NCBI GenBank assembly: GCA_951406725.2
Contig: OX597835.1
Location: forward strand, 24,490,001 to 24,554,000
From: Octopus vulgaris
Lineage: Eukaryota
DNA: 64,000 nucleotides
Direction of reading: 5' to 3'
Shown here: positions 41,128-56,229 of the stretch, piece by piece
How positions within the stretch are numbered: the stretch's first letter is position 1
How the letters are laid out: each line of letters opens with the position of its first letter
Notes under the pieces: model-generated
What the model was told of the DNA's origin: nothing
Database searches by the model: none
Seen by the model: the letters and a program-made list of their open reading frames with translations, nothing else
Translations under genes and position numbers: made by a program

Positions 41128-41801
41128 TCTATATATATAAAACTGTAGTTGTGTGAGTGTCTGTCTCCTTCGATTTAGATTCCTAACTACTCCCACATTT
41201 TGCGGTGCAGTTTAACCAAATTCGAGTATCTTATAGTCGTGATTCATATCGAGCCCGTCTGGGTATTAGCGCGCGTCTACGATGAGTCTACAATTTTAAA
41301 AATAATTTAACATCATTTTTTATTCCATTTTAATGCATAACTTTTCGTGTGTCGATGGCGGCGGAGTTGGCCACCATGGTCACACCTGCACCTGTGTTGC
41401 TTCTCCCCCTTCTTCCCTCCCTCGTGAAGCTGTGGGGAAGGGAGTGTAAGGAAATCAACGTCGTAATGCGTTGTCAAGGAGACCAGCGTTCTTTTAGAAC
41501 AACGACTTCATGGCTTGAAGACACCAAAACAGAAATGGCTAAGAAAGCGTGTACATGAGTCTACGATTTAAAAAAAAATTTACCATCATTTTTTCCATTT
41601 TAATGCATTTTTTCGCAATTATATAAGGGAAGTAACTCTCTAAAAATGTCTACGATGAGTCAACGATTTAAAAAAAAATTACCATAATTTTTTATTCCAT
41701 TTTTAATGCATTTTTTTGCTATGTTTTTGTTATAACTCTCTAAAAATGCTTATATAGTTATTTCCCTTACAAACCGGAGCAAGGCCGGGCGATACTGCTA
41801 G
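41128..41801 (+). mobile_element. Non-autonomous Helitron with extra internal segment
   Basis: A|TCtatatatataaaa ... ccggagcaaggccggg-cgatactg-CTAG|T; homologous to 28318-28710. Confidence 0.85.
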
Positions 41802-41832
41802 TCTATAATAAACGATAGAAGTGTAAATATTT

Positions 41833-42152
41833 ACTGTTGTGTCTGGGGAAAGTCATTTTCTTTTTGTGCCTTATAATGTAACACACTCACCGTTTCCTTC
41901 TTTATTTTCCTAAAATTTTCTTTGCGTCTTGCAACCTTTTCAATAGTCTTGACTCTCAAGACTATTGAAAAGTTTGCAAGACGGAACGAAAATTTTAGGA
42001 AATTAAAAATAAGAAATAAGTGGAAATTTTACCGGTGAGTGTGTTAAATTATAAGGCACAAAAAGAAAATGACTCTCCCCAGACACAACAGAATATGCTT
42101 CAACACACGAACTCATATAAAGAATCTTGCAAACCAAATCCAAAAACGAAAT
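41833..42152. mobile_element. Fold-back Penelope-like element (family of 30200-30490) with U3-A8 HHR fold on both arms
   Basis: Centre caatagtcttga ctc tcaagactattg; arm consensus cta TTGAAAA g gttgc aagac gcaac GAAA at TT tag. Confidence 0.75.
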
Positions 42153-42261
42153 ATATATAAAATTAATATTAATTCAAAATAGAATATAAGGATAAAAATC
42201 AAGTGGCCAGCATTCATAGTTAATTTATACATAAAATTTATAATATACATATGTATATAAG

Positions 42262-42414
42262 TATATTAAGGGAGATCGGGCGAAAACGACCCATCACCAG
42301 CTTCAATTGCCGATACTTTCAAAGAACTACCGAAAAAGTGGTAGTTTTTTTTAAGGTACCGGCACTTGAAGCATGCTGGAGTTGGGTTGTTTTCGCCCTT
42401 GCTCCCTTGATATA
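42262..42414. repeat. Fold-back MITE-like element, ~70 bp arms
   Basis: tatattaagggag..gggcgaaaacgaccca..aactacc / ggtagtt..tgggttgttttcgccc..ctcccttgatata. Confidence 0.75.
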
Positions 42415-42416
42415 AT

Positions 42417-42465
<49 letters not shown>

Positions 42466-43034
42466 GTGTGTGTGTCGTTGTGTCTGTGTTTGTTCTCTCA
42501 TCATCGCTTGACAACCGATGTTGGCGTGTTTCTGTTCTCGGAACCTAGCGGTTCAACAAATGACACCAATAGAATATGAACTAGGCTTACAAAGAATAAG
42601 TCCTAGGGCGGTACTTTACAATGGCATATCGAAAAAAATATTCTAAAGTGAAAATGACTTTAAGAATACGGTAAATATTTCGTAAAAGACCCGTTCGTAA
42701 CCTCGGTGCGGAATAATTTTTTCGGGTGCATTCAACGTATCTCACCTCCAAAGGTTTGGCTACTATTTCTACCACGCCCTGCTCCCACGTAACAGCTATT
42801 TGCAATAAAGGACACGAAATACCTGTTATGTGATAGCAGAGTGTGCAAGAAGTAGCGGCCAAATCTGTTCTTTTCTAGGGAAAGGAACCGTTTACGCATG
42901 ATTTCAACGTCATATTCGTTGAAAGCATGCAAAATAACATAGAAAAGGAAAAGAACCCACTAAACAAAACTCAGTTGCTGGTAAACTCAAACTTTCCAGG
43001 TGACCCAACGGGTCACGAGTTGAAATTTTCAGAA

Positions 43035-43190
43035 AAACTTAAGACGAAGACAGGTATATAAACAACAAGCAGGTGTATTAGTTTGGCGCTAGGGAAGATG
43101 AGAAAGTCTTTTACGTTTCGAGCCTACGCTCTTCAACAGAAATGTATGTTGAAATTTACAGAAAAACAAAAGAAAAGACTGGTGTATAAA
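43035..43190 (-). mobile_element. Penelope-like short element with A6U HHR fold at 43108-43143
   Basis: ttt CTGTTGA a gagc gtag gctc GAAA cg TA aaa; homologous to 14215-14410 and 60765-60935. Confidence 0.65.
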
Positions 43191-43191
43191 C

Positions 43192-43249
<58 letters not shown>

Positions 43250-43284
43250 AGAGAGAGAGAGAGAGAGAGAGAAAATAGACAGAG

Positions 43285-43351
<67 letters not shown>

Positions 43352-43818
43352 GAAGTATTGATATTTAAGTAGATAAGCGTTTCAAAAAGTGCGGGGATCA
43401 CAGTTGAAGGCAAACCCCGTATTGGCCTATGGTGTGGGTAGGATAAGTTTATGTTTATTTAGATGATGGCACTTACAAGACTAGTCATGTTTCATTCGAG
43501 TTTCCAAATCATCAAAGATTTTTCCTCTCTCTTTCTTTCATCGTGTATATGTGTGTGTGCAAGTGTGTATGTTTACACACACACATATATATATATATAT
43601 ATGTGATGTTGTATGAGGTATTTGTAGTGATGTAGACAGACTAATGCGTTGCCAGTTAGATTAATACACAGATAGTACAGTTTCAAAGAGAGAGAAAGAC
43701 AAAGGTGTAGGAAAGAAATAAAAGCCAGGCAAAGAGAAAAAATATTAGACGTATGGGCCAAACTGTTAGACAGTTTACATACACACGTGCATATATACAT
43801 ACATGCATATATACATAC

Positions 43819-43862
<44 letters not shown>

Positions 43863-44024
43863 TTATATATGCAGGTATATGTTTATATATACATGCACAC
43901 ATATATATGCACTTATATATACATACACACGTATATACACACACACGCATATATATGCACTTATATATACATACACACGTATATACACACACACGCATAT
44001 ATATATATATATATATATACATAC

Positions 44025-44058
<34 letters not shown>

Positions 44059-44246
44059 GTATATTCACTCATATATATAATTATATATATATATACACAT
44101 TGCACACACATACACAGAAAGGCATAGAGAGCCGAACAAACGCTCAGACATACACATACACACACATATATATATGTGCAGCACACATATACACAGAAAG
44201 CCATAGACAGATGAACAGACAGACATACCGGCGTATAACCACCCGT

Positions 44247-44281
<35 letters not shown>

Positions 44282-44948
44282 CAACTGACTGATAAGTATC
44301 TTTCAATTCACTACTGCAAAGACCATTAACCAATTTTACTTGCGTTCTTCGAAATTAAGAAAACAAACAAACAAAACAAAAAATTAAAAAAAAATACCAG
44401 TAAATAAACAGACGAAAACCGAAAACTGAAAGAAGAAAAAGAAAATATAAAATTCAACAAAAAAAAAAACACAGTAAAAAAATTATTCAAAATTTTCAAA
44501 ATGGCGAAATCGTAGAATTTTTTTTTGGTTATTTTTTTACTCGTTAGTGACATGGGACAAACTGAAAAGCGGAGGCTGAGTTTGTGATTGTAGGGTGGTG
44601 TTTTTGGGGGGTGTGCGCGCGCGCGTGTGTGTGAATAGTGTGGTCGGGATGGGGAGGAGTGGGGTGGGGCGGGGGGTGGGGTGGGGGCTCGAGTGTTTTC
44701 GGGTAGCTGCGGCGGTTTCGGGTGGTTTGTGTGAACGACGGTTGTTTCTTGGCAACACGATGGAAATGAGGGCGTTGTCGTGGGTGATGATGTGTTCACG
44801 ATGTCTAATAGCGAGGACCCTAATGGGAAAAAAAGGGGACACATTGCGTGTGTGAGTGTGTGTATGTAATGTGTGGGAGTATCTATATAATTGAATGTAT
44901 TTATGTGTGTAAGCGGGTGTATGAGCATGCCTGTTTCTGTATGATTGC

Positions 44949-44996
<48 letters not shown>

Positions 44997-45171
44997 GCAT
45001 GTATATATATATATATATACATATATGTATATATATATATATATACATATATGTATATATGTATATATATATATACATATATGTATATATGTATATATAT
45101 ATATACATATATGTATATATGTATATATATATATACATATATGTATATATGTATATATATATACATATATG

Positions 45172-45208
<37 letters not shown>

Positions 45209-45393
45209 TGTATATATATATATATACATATATATACATACATGCATATATGTATATATGTATATATATATATATACATACATATATACATATATGTATG
45301 TATGTATATATATATGTATATATATATACATACATACATATATGTATATATGTATATATATATACATGCATATACATACATACATATACATAC

Positions 45394-45425
<32 letters not shown>

Positions 45426-45544
45426 GTATGTCAGTGTGTGTGTGTGAGCATGGCAGTATGAGTATGTGAAAATGCGTGTGTATGTGCGCACGCGCGTATA
45501 CTTATATACGTGGATTTGCATGTGTATATAGGCATGTATGTGTA

Positions 45545-45581
<37 letters not shown>

Positions 45582-45839
45582 TGTTTGTGTGTGTAAGAAT
45601 GTGGTGAAACAGCAAAGAGTCCCAGAGCAGTTTATGTGGAGAGGACGAGGGGAGGGTGGAAAGGATGGGCCCAGCGGTGGAGTGGTGGTGGTATTGGTGG
45701 TGGTGGTGATGGTAGCTGTTCGTTCTTCTTCCATTCGCCGCCACAAACTCTCCATGGGGTTCAATAAGTTACGTAAAAATTCGTACCCACGAGAAACATT
45801 GCCTAAACCACATTCCGTCCCCCCCTCCCTCATCTGGAC

Positions 45840-46452
45840 ATCCACACCACCACCATCGCCACCGCCGCCGCCACCAGCACTAACATCAGCAGCATCACCA
45901 TATCCACCAACACCACAACCACTACCACCTATACCGCCGTCACCAACCACCACTACCACCACCATCGCAATCACCCTCCCATCATCAATCACCACCACCA
46001 CCACAACCACCACCACTACCACTAGAACCACCAACACAACAACCACTACCATCACGCCCACACACAACCACCACCACTACCACAACTACCACCACCACCA
46101 CCACCACAACTACCGCCACCATCACGACCACCATCACCACACCACTACCACTACAACCACCAACACTACTACCACCATCGCCAACACCATGACCACGAGC
46201 ATCACTACCACGATCACCAACACCACCAACACCAAACTACCGCCACCATTACCTCCACCACCATCACCACCACTAACACAACCACCACAACTACCGCCAC
46301 CATTACCTCCACCACCATCACCACCACTAACACTACCACCACAACTACCGCCATTATTACCTCCACCACCATCACCACCACTAACACCACCTCCACAGCT
46401 ACCGCCACCATCACCTCCACCACCATCACCACCACCATTACCAACACCATCA
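45840..46452. repeat. (ACC)n-type repeat with a 54 bp higher-order unit x4 at ~46236-46450
   Basis: aactaccgccaccattacctccaccaccatcaccaccactaacac unit. Confidence 0.9.
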
Positions 46453-46771
46453 CTAAGCGTTCATGCATCATATATGATGCATATTCCCAATTCATTTTTC
46501 AACCAGCAGAGAATAACTTGGCATTTACGAAAGGAATCCTTGATATTACTCATAACACATGAAACAAGGCCAAGCTAAATGCCTGGCGACAAACTTGGAT
46601 GTTTAAGATAACCCTATGACAATGCTTTGGGCGGGCCTAGGGCTAAATTGGTCAGAAGATGTTCGTTTATTTTCGTGCCTGTTGATTTAAGGCTGGCATC
46701 ATGAAGAGGAAGATGCTGATGGTTTTCATGTCTGGCTGGCACAAGGCCAGCAATTTTGAGGGGTTACTCTA

Positions 46772-47136
46772 TACTCTTTTACTCTTTTACTTGTTCCAGT
46801 CATTTGACTGCGACCATGCTGGAGCACTGCCTTTAGTCGAGCAACTCGACCCCGGGACTTATTCTGTTTTGTAAGCCCAGTACTTATTCTATCGGTCTCT
46901 CTTGCCGAACCGCTAAGTGACGGGGACGTAAACACACCAGCATCGGTCGTGAAGCAATGCTAGGGGGACAAACACAGACACACAACACACATACATATAC
47001 ATGACAGGCTTCTTTCAGTTTCCGTCTACCAAATCCACTCACAAGGCATTGGTCGGCCCGGGGCTATAGCAGAATACACTTGCCCAAGATGCCACGCAGT
47101 GGGACTGAACCCGGAACCATGTGGTTGGTTAGCAAG
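46772..47136 (-). mobile_element. SINE family A
   Basis: Colinear with 1573-1964; head end missing. Confidence 0.9.
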
Positions 47137-47261
47137 GTTAAGTTAATTACATCGATCTCGGTGATCAAACGGTTCTTTATTTTATCGTCCCCGATAGAAT
47201 GAAAGGCCAAGTCGACCCCACCGGAATTTGAACTCAAAGCGTACAGTCGGAAGAAATGCTG

Positions 47262-47400
47262 CTCCGCCTTGCGCAGAAAGCGTACAAACGGAGACACGAC
47301 AACGTAGCCCAAAACCTCCACTGGCTACTATGCCGAAAGTATGGATACGAGGTTACGGGTGCTTGGTACCAACATACACTGGAAAAGGTAATGGACGAAA
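47262..47400 (+). mobile_element. R4/Dong-like LINE fragment
   Basis: LAQKAYKRRHDNVAQNLHWLLCRKYGYEVTGAWYQHTLEKVMDE. Confidence 0.75.
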
Positions 47401-47704
47401 ACAACCCTTATTCAGGAACGTTTTGAACCGGATGGACTACTCGACCTGAGGAAAATTCTATCTGGGCCCCACTTGCAAGGTTATGCGCTGTTTATCTTGA
47501 TATGAGATCACCATGTTGTGCACACAGGGTTGTGAAACATGTGCCTGGTGTACTCTTATCAGACGGGTAGTCATGATGGGTACACTGGCTTCGTATATTT
47601 GTACCCCAGTGTCACTTTGATGGCATGCGCTGATCTCTCAACAACAACAACAACAACAACAGCAACAACAACAACAGCAACAACAACAACAACAACAACA
47701 GGGT

Positions 47705-48077
47705 CTGAAATTTGTGGCAGAAGGGACTAGTCGATTACATCAACCACAATGTTTCACTGTTACTTAATTTATCGTCCTTGAAAGGATGAAAGGCAAAGTC
47801 GACCTCAGCGGAATTTGAACTCAGAATGCAGCGACGGGCGAAATACCTATTTCTTTACTACCCACAAGGGGCCAAACACGGAAAGGACAAACAAGGACAG
47901 ACAAACGGATTAAGTCGATTATATCGTCCCCAGTGCGTAACTGGTACTTAATTTATCGACCCCGAAAGGATGAAAGGCAAAATCGACCTCGGCGGAATTT
48001 GAACTCAGAACGTAACGGCAGACGAAATACCGCTAAGCATTTCGCCCGGCGTGCTGACGTTTCTGCCAGCTCGCCGC
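47705..48077 (-). mobile_element. Composite SINE B: tail-1 copy (47848-48077) joined to an older partial copy
   Basis: Minus-strand junction aaagaaata-ggtatttcg, the same junction as at 22683. Confidence 0.85.
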
Positions 48078-48082
48078 TACGA

Positions 48083-48145
<63 letters not shown>

Positions 48146-48189
48146 GTGTGAATAATCATAGTAGTAGTAGTAGTAGTAGTAGTAGTAAA

Positions 48190-48287
48190 TTGGGAATTCC
48201 TAGGGCAATTAGAAAGGTTCTCGGCATCTAAGTTTACTTCCGATGATAGGAATTTTTTCGACCGCCTAATCTGTTGTGCGTTTATGA

Positions 48288-48290
<3 letters not shown>
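48190..48290 (+). mobile_element. R4/Dong-like extreme 3' end with (TAA)n tail
   Basis: GIPRAIRKVLGI* resembles the Dong C-terminus (GTA.ILRKVL); embedded in TAA/TAG repeats. Confidence 0.5.
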
Positions 48291-48371
<81 letters not shown>

Positions 48372-48762
48372 GATAATAGTAATAATAATAAACAACAAGA
48401 CAATAGTATTTTGTATATCCTTTATACATCAAAGAATAAACAGTATATAGTTAGAGCCAGGTATGTATATATATTTGCATGCGTGTTTTGTAGTGAAAAC
48501 ACGACTGTATTCAAGTTTCATGCAAGACATCAAAGGTTTTGTGTTTCCATATTTTCGCATGAATTTATTTGGAACATCACCAAAGTCTCAAGATCTTCAA
48601 AGGCTCATCTTCACGAGATGTGTACTATTGCATCGTTATACGGGGCAGGACCAATATGATCAATGTTGATGTTCTGATTGGAATTTGAAATTCTGATATA
48701 TATACATACATATATATATATATACATATACATACATACATACATATATACATACATACATA

Positions 48763-48794
<32 letters not shown>

Positions 48795-48864
48795 CATACA
48801 TATATAATACATACATACATATATACATACATACATATATATATATATATACATAAATACATAC

Positions 48865-48895
<31 letters not shown>

Positions 48896-48924
48896 CATAC
48901 ATATATATATACACATACATACAT

Positions 48925-50421
48925 ATAACTTAGAATAATTTAGAAAGGTTTTGGTCAGTGTTGGCCCAGGCCACGTCTGACTTAGCAGCACCACTTGGCG
49001 AAGTTTTTCAATTCAGTCCTTGGGCACCGAGGCCCATTCGAGCAGAGAGTTATTGTTTGCAGATACATATCCGGGTGTGGGTGGTTTGTCCGGGACTGTT
49101 TGAAGGAATTTGTCCAAAGACTTCTTAAATTTTGTGTGGTCAGTTTCTATTTTGACGTGTCCTGGTGTAATGTTGAAGACAGCGGGGCCAATTGAAGTGA
49201 AATAATTGTGCCGTATTGTTGTTATGAGATGCGATTTAGATTTTTGTTGTGGACGGATGGCACGGGGTCCATTTCTTGGGTGTATTTTGAAGGTGATGCT
49301 AACATCATTTGGACAGTGCTGATGGAATATTTTCCACATCATACAAATAATATAGTGTTCACGACGTCGTTGGAGAGAATACAGTTTCAGCTTTTCCAGT
49401 CTACCCCAGTAGTCGAGGTCTAACATGCCATCTATCTTTTTCGTGATTGACCTTTGGGGAGCTTCAATTTTCATATTATTTTGTTTCGTGTAGAGAGACC
49501 ACAGTAGACAGCAGTATTCAAGGCGGGGTCGGGTAAAAGTGGAGAAGAGAAGAATAATGATGTGGGAATCTCTCGACTGGGAAGGTTCTGAGAATCCAGG
49601 AACACATTCTGCGGGCCATGTCAACTTTGCTTCTTATATGTGTAGCCCAGCTTATGTTGTTGTCCACAGTTACTCCCAACTCTCTGATATTGTTAGATAC
49701 CATGAGAATTTCACCAGAAGGAAGGAAGTATGGGAGTTTCAGAGCGTCCTCCCTTCCAAAGTGGATCAATTCGAATTTGTCTTCGTTTAGTAACATGTTG
49801 TTCTTTTCCGCCCATTGGACAACAGCCAGTAGGTCTGACTGAAGGCTTATCCGGTCATCCAAGCCATTGATGACTTTCTGGAGCTTGGAATCATCAGCGA
49901 AGATTCTGATGATACTGTGTTTGATGATGTCAGTAATGTCATTAATGTAGATGATGAAGAGAAGTGGGCCCAACACAGTGCCTTGTGGGACACCACTACT
50001 GACTTTGGCTGGGCTGGATTTGACTCCTTCCACTACAACATGTTGGGTTCTGTTTGACAGGAAGCACTTGATCCACTGAAGCAGCTTTCCAGTGACACCA
50101 ATATTAGACAGCTTTCTCAAAAGGATCTTATGATCAACCCTGTCAAAGGCCTTGCTGAAATCAAGGTAGATAGCATCAGTGTTGGAACCCTCTCCCAAGG
50201 CTCTCAAAATGTCAACGAAATGATGCAGTAGCAGCGCCAGGCAATCCCTTCTATTACGGAATCCATACTGGTTGGAGTTCAGCATATTATGACTCTCAAA
50301 GAATTGAGTCATTCGCAATCTCACCACTCTCTCAAATACCTTAATGATATGAGAGGTGAGTGAGACTGGACGGTAATTCACGGCAAGGGATTAGTTTCCC
50401 CTTTTTGAAAACTGAGACAGC
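48925..50421 (-). mobile_element. 5'-truncated CR1/L2-group LINE: reverse transcriptase to 3' UTR, frameshifted
   Basis: ORFs 49518-50381 and 49013-49624: [50 protein letters not shown]. Confidence 0.92.
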
Positions 50422-50595
50422 ATATATGTAAATATATATGTACATATATACATATATATATATATATAGAAATATATATGTACATATATATATATAAATA
50501 TATATGTACATATATACACATATATATATACATATATATATGTACATACATATACATACATACATATACACACATACATATATACATACATATTT

Positions 50596-50695
<100 letters not shown>

Positions 50696-50706
50696 ATACG
50701 CACACA

Positions 50707-50931
50707 CAAAGGTGTTGAACGCTGAAAATTCCCTGTTTTTGGGTAAAAGAAAATAGAGGAGAATCAGTTAATTATAGTTTTATTCAAAATATTCCCCTCT
50801 CAGATTCACACACTTATTGTAACGGTCTTTCAGTTTTTCTAAGCCTTATAAAAAAGAACGCAGAGAGCTGGGCCTCCAACCTGGTTTTTCGCGACATCCT
50901 TAAAGCCAAGAACTTCTCAGTACCTCTTTGT
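50707..50931 (-). mobile_element. Mariner-derived short element
   Basis: Minus strand GLEKLKDRYNKCVNLRGEYFE* transposase C-terminus; degenerate TIRs. Confidence 0.65.
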
Positions 50932-50985
50932 ATATATATGTATATATACACACACATAGATATATTTACACACACACACTTATAT

Positions 50986-51037
<52 letters not shown>

Positions 51038-51390
51038 GTCTGTGTGTTTATATGTGCGCCTGTTTGCGGAGTTCGCATGTGTGTCTATGTATATACATGT
51101 GTCCGTGTTTGTGTGTGTGCGTGTGATGTGACATGTGTCAACGTCTAATGAGAGTTTTTCTACCGAACTCAGCAGTTACAGTAACCTATTTCTTAGACGA
51201 GGAATCGGGGTGGATGGGTGGATGGATGGAGGAGGAGTTTGAGTTAGAGTCGGGCACGGGGGAGGGGGGAGGCAGAATGACGGGGGTATATATGTGTGTG
51301 GAAGGGGTGGACATAGCGTAATGAAAGATGAGCAGGATGGTGAATAGAACGAATGGGTTGATAGGTAGATAGATAGAGGATATATGTATG

Positions 51391-51454
<64 letters not shown>

Positions 51455-51612
51455 CATACATATATACACAAATATATATATATATACATATATATACACA
51501 CATATATATACATACATACATACATACATATATATACATACACACATATACATACACACAACATACATACATACATTCAAACATACATATATATATATAT
51601 ATATTATATATG

Positions 51613-51651
<39 letters not shown>

Positions 51652-51725
51652 CATACATAAAAGTATTTGTAATCAGATAGATAGATACATCTATCTGTCT
51701 TATATGCATGTGTATGTATGTGCGT

Positions 51726-51805
<80 letters not shown>

Positions 51806-51869
51806 TTACCTATATGTATATATGTGTGTTTGTGTGTGTATATATATATGGAGGTATATATGCATATTC

Positions 51870-52248
51870 TCTTTTTATTCTTTTATTTGTTTCAGTCATT
51901 TGACTGCGGCCATGCTGGACTATCGTATTTAGTTGAACAAGTCGACCCTAGGACTTATTCTTTGTAAGCCTAGTACTTATTCTATCGGTCTATTTTGCCG
52001 AACTGCTATGTTACAGGGATGTAAACACACCAACATCGGTTGTCAAACGATGAATGGTTGGACAGACACACACACACACACACACATATATACATAGGAC
52101 GGGCTTTCCGTCTACCAGATCCACTCACAATGCTTTTGTCGGCCCGAGACTATAGCAGAACACATTTGCCCAAGGTGCCATGCAGAGGGACTGAACCCGG
52201 AACCATGTGGTTTGTAAACAAACTACTTACTACACAGCCACACCTGCC
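51870..52248 (-). mobile_element. SINE family A, diverged
   Basis: Head and tail motifs. Confidence 0.85.
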
Positions 52249-52249
52249 C

Positions 52250-52289
52250 CTATATATTTATACACACACACACACATACACACACACAT

Positions 52290-52325
<36 letters not shown>

Positions 52326-52965
52326 GAGTGTGTACACACACACACACACAACAAACATATATGTATGTATGTATACGTATGTATGTATGTATGTATGTAT
52401 GTATGTATATGTATGTGTGTGTGTGTGTATATATATATATATCTGGGTGCACGAATGCATGTATGTATGTATGTATGTATGTATGTATGTATGTATGTAT
52501 GTATGTATGTATGTATGTATGTATGTATGTATGGTTCGTTGGTGGGATCAGAGGATGGAAGAGTGAATAGTTGAATAGATTTGATAGATGATTGGTAGAT
52601 AAAAAGATAGACACACAGACAGACAGGACAGATATACAAATAAGAGAATAAGGTTACATCGATAAAAAGAGATAGAGAGGAAGAGAGAGAGGGGGCTGAG
52701 GGGTTGGAGAGAGAGTGAAATACGAAGAGGGAGAGAGAGATAAAGATGTAGGGTATCCAGAAATGGCGGAGACAGAAAAAAAAAACTTTGTAAACAGCAA
52801 TGTGTTCAAAATCATATTATGTCCCACCACACAACACACCCTCCCTTCTCTTAGGAACCGTTACGATATTGCACTGACACACACAGACACACACACACAT
52901 ATACACGCACGCACGCACATATGCATGCATACATATACAGATATACATGAATACCTACATATATA

Positions 52966-53015
<50 letters not shown>

Positions 53016-53422
53016 CATGTGTAGGTTCGTGTGTATGATGATGTGTGAATATACGATATGTGTGTATATATATATGTGTGTGTGTGTGTGCGTGTGTGTG
53101 TATACATATATATACATATATGCACACATATATATACATGTATGTATATACATACACACACATATATATGTATATGCATATATATATATATATATATACA
53201 TATATGCACACATATATATACATGTATGTATATACATACACACACATATATATGTATATGCATATATATATATATATATACATATATGCACACATATATA
53301 TACATGCATGTATATACATACACACATATATATACGTATATGCATATATATATATATATATACATATATGCACACATATATATACATGCATGTATATACA
53401 TACACACATATATATATGTATA

Positions 53423-53462
<40 letters not shown>

Positions 53463-53870
53463 TACATATACATATATGCATACATATATATACATGCATG
53501 TATATACATACACACATATATATATACGTATATGCATATATACATATATATACACACATATATGTATATGTAACTGTATATGTATATATTTGTATATGTA
53601 CATTTATATATCTATACACACTGATGTGTATATGTATATATCAAAATGCAATAGTCATACACATACACATGCACCTGCACACACATATATATACACGCAC
53701 GCGCACAAACACACACATATATACATGCACATATATTCTTGCACACACACATACGACTACGTACGCACGCATGTACACATACACACACGCACACACACAT
53801 ACTCACACATACACACATAGACACACACACACGCATATACCTACGTACGTATGTACATGCACAGACACAC
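52250..53870. repeat. Microsatellite field with higher-order TA/CA units
   Basis: Directly visible. Confidence 0.9.
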
Positions 53871-54739
53871 TTGGAGAAAAGTCGGTTAAGTGGTATTTGG
53901 CCAATTGTAAATCTAAACAACACAAAACTAATGTGAAGAAATCTTTCACCGAATTCTTAAAACTAAAAGCCACTATGTGGTCGCCTGGTGTGCTAGAAAT
54001 AGTAGTCAAATCTCACTCAAAGCACACCCTATTGTCTTTAACAATGGAAGGACGCATAAGATTGAGTTCTAGTTACACTGTGTCTGAAAATAGAAGAAAA
54101 AGATGGAAAAGTCATGGTTGGAATGCCTTTTCATTCGAGGTTTATTTTTTGAAAACTGACCCAACGTTTTGCAGCAGCCGCAGTTAAAAGAAACATCAGT
54201 TAAAGAAAGAGCAGGAAACAGCAGCCAAATGCTGCTGAAATACATCCTTCTTGAGAAAGAAGGATGTGTTTTATAATGCAGTCATAGATATAAGAAAAGC
54301 CGGAGCGGTTATTGGAATACTCCACAAATGGTTTTAGTTTAATTTTGTGTATGTTTGTGTGTGAGGGTGTTATTGAGGGAATGGCCGTCTAATAATCGCG
54401 TAGAAGGGGATAAATGTTAGTTATCGGCATTAGACTTTAGGTTACGAAGCGCATGTTGGCTACATCAAGGAATTGCTACAAATAGAGAATCATTTTCAAC
54501 AGCCAGAGTAGTAGTCCATTTGTTTTTTCTCCAGTGACTGATAAATGACATTAATCCGAAACGTTACGCTTTCCCATCTTCACGATAATTGAAATTATCA
54601 ACATTCTACAAACTCCTTTAGCTGATAAACTATTTCTGACGAAGATCCACACCATGATTTTTTTTTTCTTTTCTGATTCAGGACTTTCCTCTTAATAAAC
54701 ACCCGTTCTTCTGGGTGTCTGATGCAACGACCAGCAATT

Positions 54740-54893
54740 CTCATTCTTCTCTGCTATACGGTGGCTGAAACTTGGACCTTGACCAAAAATCTTGAGAAAC
54801 AAATAGACGGCTGAATGTTAAGAATGACCCTGAATGTTCCATGGGGAGCTCAATTAACCAACCAGCAGCTTTATCAACATCAGCCCAAAGTGA
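54740..54893 (+). mobile_element. RTE-clade LINE fragment
   Basis: SLLYG/AETWTLTKNLEKQIDG..MLRMTLNVPW...LTNQQLY. Confidence 0.7.
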
Positions 54894-55455
54894 AACATGG
54901 TAACTAAACGACGACAGATACCCCTTAAATTATGCTCTCACGTCTTTAAAAACATTTTCAAAAACACATTGGATAATATGGTCCCAGATGATACGTTATG
55001 TACGAAATAGGAAAGTCGGGATGGTCACGATAGCAAAACCCTTTCGTTATTGGTCTATTTAATAAAAGAAGAAAATGAAGATAAATAGCAACGACAGCGA
55101 AAATAACAACAACAATTAGGATAAGGACAACAGCAATCACAGCTAAATAAAGGGTACCCCTATGAGGTCGTTCCACTGGCTAGAAATAGTAATCAGATCT
55201 CCCTCAATATATGTACACCCTGCTGTCTATCGAATGGGAAGGACGCATGGGATAATGTATTCATAAATACAAGAGTAAGGACGGAATGGTAACAGCAGGA
55301 GTGCGCAATTAGACATGCCCTAGGGCTAAACAAAACAACAGCACAGAAAATGAACAAATAGACAGACAGACAGACAAATACCGTTAACTGAATGAATAAA
55401 TAAATAAAATAAAATACAAAGAAAATATTGTTATTTATATATATATGTATGCATG

Positions 55456-55488
<33 letters not shown>

Positions 55489-56229
55489 GCATGCATATAT
55501 GTATGCATGCATATATGTATGCATGCATATATATATATATATATGCATGCATAGATATACATATGTATATATTGTACATATATATATATATGTGCACATA
55601 TATGTATATATATATGCATGTATGTATATGTATGCATATAAATTAACACACATGCACGTGCGTGCGCGTACACACACACACACTTATACACACATATGAC
55701 AGCTTAGTGTCTGTTTAGTCTATTAAACCGTCGTTTCATCTATACGTCAGCAACACAATCATTATCATCACCGTCATCATCATCATCATCATCATCATCA
55801 CCATCACTACCATCGTCATCCTCCTCACTCCCCTCATCATCATCATCATCATCATCATAGTCGTCGTCGTTGTCATCATCATCATCTCAAAAATATTACC
55901 GTTACGAGCACCACTAGCACCAACTTAATCACTAGTCTCATCCTTACACGGTCACACACACACATACACACACACAATACACACACACACATATACACAC
56001 ACACACATACACAGACACACAGACACACACACACATCATATTTTATTAACTTCATTAATGCAGTTTTAGTTAAATGCTTCGTGGAACCGATTTTCTCTTC
56101 TGCGATATTTCTTCAAAATGTCGCGAAACAAGAAAACTCTCCCAATATCGTCCGAAGATCGCCGTAAAAGTGAAACTCGGAAATAGGAAATACGAAAGAG
56201 AAGGTATCAGCTTCAGTATATATTTTATT

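Noticed and set aside
45538-46578. 346 aa Pro/Thr/His-rich ORF (also 11569-12347, 12600-13226, 18098-18562)
   Set aside because: Trinucleotide repeats that lack stops by composition; no coding signature
54535-54660. ctgataa..gaaacgtta and ctgacgaagatc motifs
   Set aside because: Core or stems incomplete; cannot support a ribozyme call
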